Part shown: positions 26,709-34,730 of the stretch, in pieces
Layout: each line of letters begins with the position of its first letter
Numbering within the stretch: the stretch's first letter is position 1
From: an uncultured cyanobacterium
GTDB lineage: Bacteria; Cyanobacteriota; Cyanobacteriia; PCC-6307; Cyanobiaceae
Assembly: GCA_903823115.1 (NCBI GenBank)
Contig: CAIJRN010000015.1
Coordinates: forward strand, 7,733 to 71,732
DNA length: 64,000 bases
Direction: 5' to 3'
The notes under the pieces: model-generated
What the model was told of the DNA's origin: nothing
What the model saw: only the letters and a program-made list of their open reading frames with translations
Databases searched by the model: none
Made by a program: the position numbers and the translations under genes

Positions 26709-27461
26709 ATGACCCTTTCCACCCCCGCGAGTCCCTCCCGCTTCGGCGGCATCCACCCCTTGGTCGATGCCCTGGCCGAGCGCATCCGCCAGTGCCGGCA
26801 GCAGCTTCCCGAGCTGGCCTCCCTGGAGATCGACGCTGATCTCGAGGCGATCAGCGGCAGTCTCGACGGCGAGGAGCTGTTCATTCTCAACGAGGTGCAC
26901 CGCTGCCGCGGCCTGCGCAAGCTCCACCTGGAAACCGCCCGTCTCGGCAAGGGGCTGCAGATTCTGCACTGCGTGTTTTTCCCCGATCCCCGCTACGACC
27001 TGCCGATCTTCGGTGCCGACATCGTCGCCGGGCCGGCTGGTGTCTCAGCCGCCATCGCCGATCTCTCGCCGGTGACCGCTGAACTGCCCCAGGGCATCCA
27101 CGAGGCTCTCGAGCAGCAGCGGCGCCCCTCGTTTTCCCAGCCGCGGGAACTGCCGGCCTGGGGCTCGATCTTTTCGCCCCACGTGCTGTTTGTGCGGCCG
27201 GCCAATGCCGGCGAGGAGCAGCTGTTCATCGAGGCGGTGGTCACGATGTTGCAGGTGCTGGCAACGGCGGTCCTGGCAGGCGAACCTCAGCCGATCGACG
27301 ATCCAGCTACGGTGCAGCGCTGGCAGGGACAGCTCAGCTATTGCAGGCAGCAGAAACAGAACGACAAGACCCGTCGGGTCCTGGAGAAGGCGTTCAACCC
27401 GGCCTGGGCGGAGCGCTACATCGAGGAGCTCTTGTTCGACGACCCTCCCGCCCTCTGCTGA
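26709..27461 (+). CDS. pcyA: phycocyanobilin:ferredoxin oxidoreductase
   Basis: [40 protein letters not shown] and the C-terminal [19 protein letters not shown] are PcyA hallmarks. ATG at 26709. Confidence 0.93.
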   Translation: MTLSTPASPSRFGGIHPLVDALAERIRQCRQQLPELASLEIDADLEAISGSLDGEELFILNEVHRCRGLRKLHLETARLGKGLQILHCVFFPDPRYDLPIFGADIVAGPAGVSAAIADLSPVTAELPQGIHEALEQQRRPSFSQPRELPAWGSIFSPHVLFVRPANAGEEQLFIEAVVTMLQVLATAVLAGEPQPIDDPATVQRWQGQLSYCRQQKQNDKTRRVLEKAFNPAWAERYIEELLFDDPPALC

Positions 27462-28345
27462 TCGCCCTGCTGGTGCTGGCCGGTACGGCTGGCGTGCTTT
27501 GGGTGAGCCGGGATCGCTGGAAGCCCCAGGCCAAGCCGGCCAGCACGGCTAGCGTGCAGCGACCGGTGGCGCAGGAGCCCGTGGCCGCTCTGGGACGGCT
27601 GGAACCCGCCGGTGACATTCGCGTTCTGGCGGCCCCGATCATCGGCATCGGTGGCAGTCCGCGGTTGAAGCAACTGCTGGTGGAAGAGGGCCAACGGGTG
27701 GCGGCAGGTGCAGTGCTGGCCCGGTTCGACAACGGCCCCGCCCAGCTGGCGGAGCACACGTTGCTGCGCGTCAGGATCAGCAACCTGGAGCGACGCCTCG
27801 CCGTGGACAGCCGCGAAATCGCTCGCTATCGCCGGCTCACTGCGGCCGGCGCCGTGGCCGTCGACGAACTCGATCGCCGCGAACAGCTGCATTTGCTGCT
27901 GCAGGGACAACTGCAGGAAGCCAGGGCCCAACTGGTGCGAGTCGACACCGATCTGGTCAACACCGAACTCCTTGCCCCGATCAGCGGCACGGTGCTGCGC
28001 ATCCACAGTCGGGTGGGCGAGCGCCCCGGCGACAAGGGAATCCTGGAACTGGGCGACAGCGACCGGATGGAGGTTCTGGTGGAGGTCTACGAGAGTGACA
28101 TCAACCGGGTGCACTTTGGCCAGAGGGTCACGTTCACCAGTGAAAATGGCGGCTTCACTGGCAGCCTCAGCGGCGTCGTCAGCCGGATCAGCCCCCAGGT
28201 GCGCCAGCGGGATCTGCTCTCCACCGACCCCACCGGCGATGCCGATGCCCGGGTGGTGGAAGTGCGGGTGCGGCTCGAACCCAGCGATGCCCAGAAGGTG
28301 GAGGCCCTGACGGGCCTCAAGGTGATCGCCCGCTTCCAGCCATGA
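27341..28345 (+). CDS. devB: ABC exporter membrane fusion protein, DevB family (HlyD-like)
   Basis: [17 protein letters not shown]..., a coiled-coil segment, and a beta-barrel C-terminus. The only canonical in-frame start is the ATG at 27341, which overlaps pcyA by 121 nt, so the start is uncertain. Confidence 0.83.
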   Translation: MQAAETERQDPSGPGEGVQPGLGGALHRGALVRRPSRPLLIALLVLAGTAGVLWVSRDRWKPQAKPASTASVQRPVAQEPVAALGRLEPAGDIRVLAAPIIGIGGSPRLKQLLVEEGQRVAAGAVLARFDNGPAQLAEHTLLRVRISNLERRLAVDSREIARYRRLTAAGAVAVDELDRREQLHLLLQGQLQEARAQLVRVDTDLVNTELLAPISGTVLRIHSRVGERPGDKGILELGDSDRMEVLVEVYESDINRVHFGQRVTFTSENGGFTGSLSGVVSRISPQVRQRDLLSTDPTGDADARVVEVRVRLEPSDAQKVEALTGLKVIARFQP

Positions 28346-28358
28346 GCACCCGGATCCG

Positions 28359-29528
28359 ATGAGCGGCTTCTGGCAGCGGCGCCGCATTCCCCTGGCCTGG
28401 TTGCTGCTCACCAGGCAGCCGGCCCGGCTGGCGGTGGCGTTGGCGGGCATTGCCTTCGCCGGCATCTTGATGTTCATGCAGCTCGGCTTCCGAGATGGCC
28501 TGTTTGACGCCAGCGTCACGGTCCACAAGCTGTTTGACGCCGACCTGGTGCTGATGAGTCCGCGCACGATGAGCTCCATCGGCATGGCCGGTTTCCCGCG
28601 CCGCCGCCTGGTTCAGGTGATGGCGGATGCCGACGTGGTCGGCACCACGCCGGTGCACTGGAACCTGCTGCTCTGGCGCAATCCCGAAACCCGGCACACC
28701 CGCTCGATCCTCTCGATCGGTTTTGAGCCCGGCGATCCGCTGTTCACCGATCCCAGCCTGCGCGAAAAGGCCCATGTGCTCAACCAACTGGGTCGGGTGC
28801 TGTTCGATGAGCGCTCCCGCCCGGAGTTCGGCCCGATCGGCACCTGGTTCCGCCAGGGCCGCACGGTGGAAACGGAAGTGGCCGGCAAGCGGGTGCGGGT
28901 GGCTGGGCTGGTGGCCCTGGGCCCCTCCTTCGGCGCCGATGGCAACATGCTCACCAGCAGTGAGACCCTGCTGAGGCTGATGCCGAACACGCCGCCCGGC
29001 AGCATCGAACTCGGCCTGATCCGGCTCAGGAATGGCTCCGACCCCCTGGTGGTGGCCGAGCGTCTGCGCCAGAAGCTGCCCGACGATGTGGCCATCTACA
29101 CGAAGCAGGGCTTTGAGGAGTTCGAGAAGAACTACTGGCGCAGCAGCACCGCCATCGGTTTCATCTTCACCCTGGGTGCGGCGATGGGCTTCATCGTCGG
29201 CTGTGTGATCGTCTACCAGATCCTCTACTCCGACGTCAGTGATCACCTGCCGGAGTACGCCACCTTGATGGCCATGGGATACCCGCTGATCAATCTTCTC
29301 GGGGTGGTCGCCCGCGAGGGATTGCTGCTGGCGGTGCTGGGCTATGTGCCCGCCTGGTTTGCTGGCCAGGGCCTCTACGCTCTGGTGCGCAACGGCACCA
29401 AGTTGCCCGTTTATATGAACACCGACCGTTCCGTGCTGGTGTTCGTCTTGATTCTGGCCATGTGCATGGGATCGGCAGCCATGGCGATGCGCAAGCTGGG
29501 CGATGCCGATCCGGCCGAGATTTTCTGA
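28359..29528 (+). CDS. devC: ABC exporter permease, DevC family (FtsX-like)
   Basis: N-terminus LAWLLLTRQPARLAVALAGIAFAGILMFMQLGF, a large periplasmic loop, and a C-terminal FtsX 3-TM bundle. Confidence 0.88.
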   Translation: MSGFWQRRRIPLAWLLLTRQPARLAVALAGIAFAGILMFMQLGFRDGLFDASVTVHKLFDADLVLMSPRTMSSIGMAGFPRRRLVQVMADADVVGTTPVHWNLLLWRNPETRHTRSILSIGFEPGDPLFTDPSLREKAHVLNQLGRVLFDERSRPEFGPIGTWFRQGRTVETEVAGKRVRVAGLVALGPSFGADGNMLTSSETLLRLMPNTPPGSIELGLIRLRNGSDPLVVAERLRQKLPDDVAIYTKQGFEEFEKNYWRSSTAIGFIFTLGAAMGFIVGCVIVYQILYSDVSDHLPEYATLMAMGYPLINLLGVVAREGLLLAVLGYVPAWFAGQGLYALVRNGTKLPVYMNTDRSVLVFVLILAMCMGSAAMAMRKLGDADPAEIF

Positions 29529-29533
29529 CCGCC

Positions 29534-30319
29534 ATGCCCTCCAACCTGCTCGCTCCTACCCCCAGATCGGCTGCCGGAGAGCCCTGTGTGCAACTGCAGG
29601 GGCTCAACCACTGGTACGGCAGCGGCTCCAACCGTCGCCAGGTGATTCAGGGCGTGGATCTCAGCATCAACCCCGGTGAAGTGGTGTTGCTCACCGGCCC
29701 ATCCGGCTGCGGCAAAACCACCTTGCTGACCCTGGTGGGGGCCCTGCGCCAGGTGATGGCTGGCTCCGTGCGGGTGTTCGGCCTCGAACTCAACGGTTCA
29801 ACCCGGGGCGAACGCCAGCAACTGCGTCGTTCGATCGGCATGATTTTTCAGGGCCATAATCTGCTGCGCTGCCTGAGTGCTGAGCAGAACGTCCAGATGG
29901 GCGCTGATCTGCTGCCGGATCTCGGCTACCGGGCCCGCCGTGATCTGGCTCGCCAGTGGTTACGGGCGGTGGGGCTGGAAGATCATCTCGGCAAACTGCC
30001 CCACGATCTCTCCGGCGGCCAGAAACAGCGCGTGGCCATTGCCCGCGCCCTGGCGGCCCAGCCCCGGCTGCTGCTGGCTGATGAACCCACGGCGGCCCTC
30101 GACAGCCGCACCGGTCGCGAGGTGGTGGATCTGCTCAAGGGCCTGGCCCGCAATCAGGATTGCGCCGTGCTGATGGTCACCCACGACCCTCGCATCCTCG
30201 ATATTGCTGATCGGGTGGTGCGAATGGAGGATGGCCAGTTGATGGATAGCGGCCATGGCGAGCGGCTCTGGGGAGCTGATCGGCTTCCCGACACCGGCAG
30301 GGAGGCTGCCGAGGGTTAA
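29534..30319 (+). CDS. devA: ABC exporter ATP-binding protein, DevA family
   Basis: Walker [10 protein letters not shown], signature [15 protein letters not shown], and Walker [12 protein letters not shown] at 29534. Confidence 0.9.
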   Translation: MPSNLLAPTPRSAAGEPCVQLQGLNHWYGSGSNRRQVIQGVDLSINPGEVVLLTGPSGCGKTTLLTLVGALRQVMAGSVRVFGLELNGSTRGERQQLRRSIGMIFQGHNLLRCLSAEQNVQMGADLLPDLGYRARRDLARQWLRAVGLEDHLGKLPHDLSGGQKQRVAIARALAAQPRLLLADEPTAALDSRTGREVVDLLKGLARNQDCAVLMVTHDPRILDIADRVVRMEDGQLMDSGHGERLWGADRLPDTGREAAEG

Positions 30320-30355
30320 GGTGAGACATCGATCTTCCACGGAACGCCTCACCGC

Positions 30356-30511
30356 ATGTCCAAGCGCAGGAATCTCAAGAAGGAAAAGCAAGAGCGCAAC
30401 CGCGCCTACGCCCGCAAGTTCAAGAAGCGCAAGCTCCGCAACGACGGCCGTGGTGAAGGTGCTGGCAACGGCGTCACCGGTACCGCCAACAACGGTGGCG
30501 CCGCCGACTGA
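30356..30511 (+). CDS. small highly basic protein (51 aa)
   Basis: An ATG..TGA ORF below the track cut-off: MSKRRNLKKEKQERNRAYARKFKKRKLRNDGRGEGAGNGVTGTANNGGAAD. Codons are strongly G/C-ending and a strong terminator follows. It resembles small conserved picocyanobacterial proteins, from memory only. Confidence 0.5.
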   Translation: MSKRRNLKKEKQERNRAYARKFKKRKLRNDGRGEGAGNGVTGTANNGGAAD

Positions 30512-30550
30512 GCAGTCCTTACAGGCCTGAAATTCCGGCCAAGAACATCA

Positions 30551-30576
30551 GGGGGATCCAGTGGATCCCCTTTTTT
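30551..30576 (+). terminator. rho-independent terminator
   Basis: GGGGATCC-agt-GGATCCCC followed by TTTTTT, 40 nt after the small basic ORF. Confidence 0.75.
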
Positions 30577-30602
30577 GTCGACCAATCGCATCGGCAGCGT
30601 CC

Positions 30603-31553
30603 ATGTTTCTCAGCGTCGTCATCCCCACCTACAACCGGCTGCCGATCCTGCGCCAATGCCTGCAGGCTCTCGAGAATCAGCAGCTGGAGGCCCCGATCGA
30701 GCGCTACGAGGTGGTGCTCGTTGACGATGGCTCCACCGATGACACGGTGCACTGGCTCGATGCCCATGCCACCGCCTTCCCCCATCTGCGACTGATCCGC
30801 CAGGACCATGGCGGGCCGGCGGAGGGACGCAACCGCGGCGTCGAGCACGCCCATGGTGATGTGATCGTCTTCATCGACAGCGATCTGGTCGTCACCCCCA
30901 GCTTCCTGCTCAGCCATGCCCGGGCCCTCGATCGCCACTGGCAGGAGCGCGGCAACCGGCTGTGCTTCACCTACGGCGCCGTGATCAACACCGCCGATTT
31001 CAACAATCCCACCGGCGAACCGCACAAGCCCACCGATCATTCCTGGGCTTATTTCGCCACCGGCAATGTGGCGATCGATCGCCAGTTGCTGGAGCGATCC
31101 GGCCTGTTTGACACCAGTTTCCGGCTCTACGGCTGGGAGGACCTGGAGCTGGGAGAGCGGCTGCGGCAACTGGGTGTGAAGTTGGTGCGCTGCCCGGAAG
31201 CGGTGGGCTATCACTGGCATCCTGCCCTCAGCCTGGAGCAGATCCCCGATCTGATCCGCGTCGAGCGGGAACGGGCGAAAATGGGGTTGGTGTTCTTTCG
31301 CAAGCACCCGACCAGGCGCGTGCGCTTCATCATCCAGTACACCTGGTTGCACCGGTTGCTGTGGGAGCTGCTCACCCTCGGCGGTCTGATCAATGAGCGC
31401 AGCCTGCGGCCGCTCCTGGCCTGGTTGATCCGCCGCGGTCAGCCGGCCCTGGCGATGGAGCTGCTGCGCCTGCCCCTCAATCGCCTGGGAGTGCGAGCTC
31501 TCTACGCCGAGGCCCGCCTGGCTGCTGGCGACTGGGCCCAGCCCTCGGTTTGA
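30603..31553 (+). CDS. family 2 glycosyltransferase
   Basis: MFLSVVIPTYNRLPIL, VVLVDDGSTDDT and VIVFIDSDLV (the DxD motif) are the GT2 signature. The ATG at 30603 is preferred, because the track GTG start lies inside the terminator hairpin. Confidence 0.85.
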   Translation: MFLSVVIPTYNRLPILRQCLQALENQQLEAPIERYEVVLVDDGSTDDTVHWLDAHATAFPHLRLIRQDHGGPAEGRNRGVEHAHGDVIVFIDSDLVVTPSFLLSHARALDRHWQERGNRLCFTYGAVINTADFNNPTGEPHKPTDHSWAYFATGNVAIDRQLLERSGLFDTSFRLYGWEDLELGERLRQLGVKLVRCPEAVGYHWHPALSLEQIPDLIRVERERAKMGLVFFRKHPTRRVRFIIQYTWLHRLLWELLTLGGLINERSLRPLLAWLIRRGQPALAMELLRLPLNRLGVRALYAEARLAAGDWAQPSV

Positions 31554-31706
31554 TAGGGTTATTCGTCCCCAACACACCGCACACCTGCGAGTTTCGGGTG
31601 ACCCGGGTCGGTTGACACCGATTCATCACTGCCCCTGAGCCCATCGGCCAGAGCGCAGCCCAACGGGTCCCTGGCAGGTGGAGGCAAACCCGAAACCCAC
31701 ACCACC

Positions 31707-32420
31707 ATGGCTGTTGTCACTCTTGCCGAGATGATGGAAGCTGGCGCCCACTTTGGGCACCAGACCCGGCGCTGGAATCCCAAGATGTCGCGCTACATCT
31801 ATTGCGCACGCAATGGGGTTCACATCATCGATCTCGTGCAGACCGCCGTCTGCATGAACAATGCCTACAAGTGGACGCGCAGTGCTGCCCGCAGCGGCAA
31901 GCGTTTTCTGTTTGTCGGCACCAAGAAACAGGCCTCCGAGGTGATTGCCCAGGAGGCAACCCGCTGCGGCGCCTCCTACGTGAATCAGCGCTGGCTTGGT
32001 GGCATGCTCACCAACTGGACAACGATGCGAGCCCGCATCGATCGCCTCAAGGATCTTGAGCGCATGGAATCCTCCGGCGCCATCGCCATGCGGCCTAAAA
32101 AGGAAGCTGCCGTGCTGCGTCGTGAACTCGACCGGCTGCAGAAGTATCTGGGCGGTCTCAAGAACATGCGCCGTCTGCCTGATGTCGTGATCCTGGTCGA
32201 TCAGCGGCGTGAAACCAACGCCGTGCTCGAAGCCCGCAAGCTCGATATTCCCCTGGTGTCGATGTTGGATACCAACTGCGATCCCGACCTCTGCGACGTG
32301 CCCATTCCCTGCAATGACGACGCCGTTCGTTCGGTGCAGTTGGTGCTGGGCCGCCTTGCCGACGCCATCAACGAAGGCCGTCATGGTGCCCAGGATCGCG
32401 GCGGCGACGACGAGGGCTGA
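31707..32420 (+). CDS. rpsB: 30S ribosomal protein S2
   Basis: [27 protein letters not shown] and [10 protein letters not shown]. Confidence 0.97.
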   Translation: MAVVTLAEMMEAGAHFGHQTRRWNPKMSRYIYCARNGVHIIDLVQTAVCMNNAYKWTRSAARSGKRFLFVGTKKQASEVIAQEATRCGASYVNQRWLGGMLTNWTTMRARIDRLKDLERMESSGAIAMRPKKEAAVLRRELDRLQKYLGGLKNMRRLPDVVILVDQRRETNAVLEARKLDIPLVSMLDTNCDPDLCDVPIPCNDDAVRSVQLVLGRLADAINEGRHGAQDRGGDDEG

Positions 32421-32613
32421 GTCCGGCGTGGGCCGGACGGTGATGGGCAGCGTTGTAGCGCCCCCCCGTCCGGTCCCTGTCAGGGGGGCCTGTGTCCCTC
32501 GATCGGTCAGTCACACTCACGGGGCGCCCAGCTTGTCCATACGGCACGTTCGCCTCAATCGCCCCGGTTGAATCCCCACACCGGATACCCATTCCCTCCC
32601 CATCTCTCGACCC

Positions 32614-33273
32614 ATGGCTGAGATCACCGCCAAGCTCGTCAAAGACCTGCGCGACAAAACCGGCGCCGGCATGATGGATTGCAAGAAGGCCCTGGTCGAG
32701 TCCGCTGGCGACATGACCAAGGCTTCCGAATGGCTGCGGCAGAAGGGCATCGCCACCGCCGAGAAAAAGTCCGGCCGCACTGCCGCTGAAGGCTCCATCG
32801 GCAGCTACATCCACACGGGTGCGCGGGTAGGCGTGCTGGTGGAAGTGAACTGTGAAACCGACTTCGTCGCCCGAGGTGAGCTGTTCCAGGAACTGGTTCG
32901 CAACGTGGCCATGCAGATTGCCGCCTGCCCCAACGTCGAATACGTCAGCACCGACGAGATCCCCGCGGAGGTGTCCGATCGTGAGAAGGCGATCGAGATG
33001 GGCCGCGACGACCTCTCCGGAAAACCCGAGGCGATGAAGGTGAAGATCGTCGAGGGTCGGATCGGCAAGCGGCTCAAGGAGTTGGCCTTGCTTGAACAGG
33101 CCTTCATCCGCGACAACACCATCACGTTGGGTGAGATGGTCAAGCAGGCCGCGGGTAAAACCGGTGAAAACATCCAGGTGCGTCGCTTCACTCGCTACAC
33201 CCTTGGCGAGGGTATCGAAGTGCAGAAGTCTGATTTCGCCGCCGAAGTTGCGGCGATGACCCAGTCAGCCTGA
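32614..33273 (+). CDS. tsf: translation elongation factor Ts
   Basis: [24 protein letters not shown] and [31 protein letters not shown]. Confidence 0.97.
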   Translation: MAEITAKLVKDLRDKTGAGMMDCKKALVESAGDMTKASEWLRQKGIATAEKKSGRTAAEGSIGSYIHTGARVGVLVEVNCETDFVARGELFQELVRNVAMQIAACPNVEYVSTDEIPAEVSDREKAIEMGRDDLSGKPEAMKVKIVEGRIGKRLKELALLEQAFIRDNTITLGEMVKQAAGKTGENIQVRRFTRYTLGEGIEVQKSDFAAEVAAMTQSA

Positions 33274-33296
33274 TCGCCGGCCCCGAGCGCACTCCG

Positions 33297-34730
33297 GTGA
33301 ACCCTGCCGCAGATCGAGGCGTCCCCCCCAATGCGATCGAGGCTATGGCCGCCGCCTTGGCGGCCTCCAATCCCGCCCTGTACCGCCATCTGGCCCTCTA
33401 TCTGCAGGTGCTCAGAGAGGTGTTGCCGGCGCGGGTCGAGCAGGCCTGCTTCCATCTGGCCACCCAGGTGCATCCCCAGCGCTATGCAGCCTTGCCAGCC
33501 CAGGAGCGCCAGGCCTTGCATGGGCGGGTGCTGGCCTTGGTGCAGCGCTGCTCCAGCTTGCTCACCGTTGAGCAGCTGACGGCCCTCGCCGACCAGATCG
33601 ATCGCGAAGCTCAGCATCGTCAGCGGCGCGAGCAACGCGAACTGCTGGAGCAGTTGAGCTCCGTTGCTGGGGACGACGACATGGACGACGACGATGCTGC
33701 TCCCGAGCAAGACGGTGTCGATCGAGCGCTGGATTCAGGCTTGGATCCGGCCATCGCCAGCCTGCCGGCCGGTTCGATTCGTCTGGATTTTTCCTTGCCC
33801 CTCAGTGGCAAGTGGCCCTCCCTGGCCCCTCCCGGACCACGCCCTTCGGGCCTGAAACGGCCGCAGGAGGCCGATTCCCAGAGCCACCCCAATCCAGCGG
33901 ATCCGGGGGGCGACTCGCCCGAATCCGGCGGCGATGGGGAGGGGCCCGCAACGGATGGCCTTGAGACGAGCGGCCTTGAAAGCAGTGGAACCGAAACCAG
34001 TCGCATCTCCGACCTCGACCATGGCAATCAGGATGACGGCGATGACTTTGACGACGAATTGATCGGCCAGGCTCCTGTGGGTCCAGATCGAGCAGCGATG
34101 GACAGCGATGCCGAGGAGCCGGCAGAGGAAAGTCTGCAGGAGCGCCTGGCCCAGGGACCGGATGCGGCGGAGATCCTCAAGATCGTGCGTGAAGCCATGG
34201 ACGACTCCAGGGATCGCGGTCGGCAGGACTCCCCATTCAGCGATCGCGTTGCCAGCTCCCCCTGGCGAGAGGCCAGGCTGCCGCGGGATCCGGTCACTCT
34301 GCTGCGCTGGCTGGATGGCGTCGACAAGGCCCTGTTGCGGCGCCTGCGCAATCTCTCCCACGCCCTCAACGTTGAGCTGCTGAGGGTCGGCATCAGCCGG
34401 GGCCTGCTGCCGGTCAGCCTGCTCGATGCCGTGCTTGAGGGTCAGGTGGACACCATGGCCTCGCCCTCCAATGTGTTGCATCTGCAGATGCCGTTCGGCT
34501 TGAGGCCCGGCACGGCCGAGGTCCATGCCCTGGCGATCCTGCTGAGGCCGGTGGATCTGGAGATGGATGAACCGCGGCTGCGCACCTGTCGCCGCCGCCT
34601 GCAGCAACAGCGCCAGGAGTTGCGCAGAATGGCCCATCAATTCCGTCGCCTGCAACGGCGGCTCCAGGCGCACGAGGCGGAACGACTGTGGCTGCAGGAC
34701 ATTCGCAACAGCCGCCCGCCCCAGGCCTGA
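33297..34730 (+). CDS. hypothetical protein with long acidic low-complexity insert
   Basis: 477-aa ORF with G/C-ending codons. The N- and C-terminal parts are helical and Arg/Gln-rich. The central ~150 aa are D/E/S/G/P-rich. Start (GTG 33297 or ATG 33345) is uncertain. No family recognised. Confidence 0.6.
   Translation: MNPAADRGVPPNAIEAMAAALAASNPALYRHLALYLQVLREVLPARVEQACFHLATQVHPQRYAALPAQERQALHGRVLALVQRCSSLLTVEQLTALADQIDREAQHRQRREQRELLEQLSSVAGDDDMDDDDAAPEQDGVDRALDSGLDPAIASLPAGSIRLDFSLPLSGKWPSLAPPGPRPSGLKRPQEADSQSHPNPADPGGDSPESGGDGEGPATDGLETSGLESSGTETSRISDLDHGNQDDGDDFDDELIGQAPVGPDRAAMDSDAEEPAEESLQERLAQGPDAAEILKIVREAMDDSRDRGRQDSPFSDRVASSPWREARLPRDPVTLLRWLDGVDKALLRRLRNLSHALNVELLRVGISRGLLPVSLLDAVLEGQVDTMASPSNVLHLQMPFGLRPGTAEVHALAILLRPVDLEMDEPRLRTCRRRLQQQRQELRRMAHQFRRLQRRLQAHEAERLWLQDIRNSRPPQA

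Noticed and set aside
26666-26950. Upstream extension of the catalytic M16 peptidase ORF. Analogous extensions occur for chlP (44445..44609), glpX (52383..52610) and the pentapeptide gene (62092..62781).
   Set aside because: The extensions overlap better-supported genes on the other strand, or cross intergenic regions. They show no family similarity, and conserved N-termini begin at the internal starts.
30320-30355. Hairpin GGTGAG...CTCACC between devA and the small basic ORF, containing ACGGAACGC reminiscent of the glutamine-riboswitch 3' half.
   Set aside because: The 5' half of the motif is absent and the stem is only 6 bp with a 22-nt loop. There is no support for a riboswitch.
32421-32438. 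Hairpin GTCCGGC-gtgg-GCCGGAC right after the rpsB stop, as a possible terminator or attenuator before tsf.
   Set aside because: No U-tract follows, and rpsB-tsf are normally co-transcribed. It may modulate the rpsB:tsf ratio, but the sequence alone does not support a terminator call.
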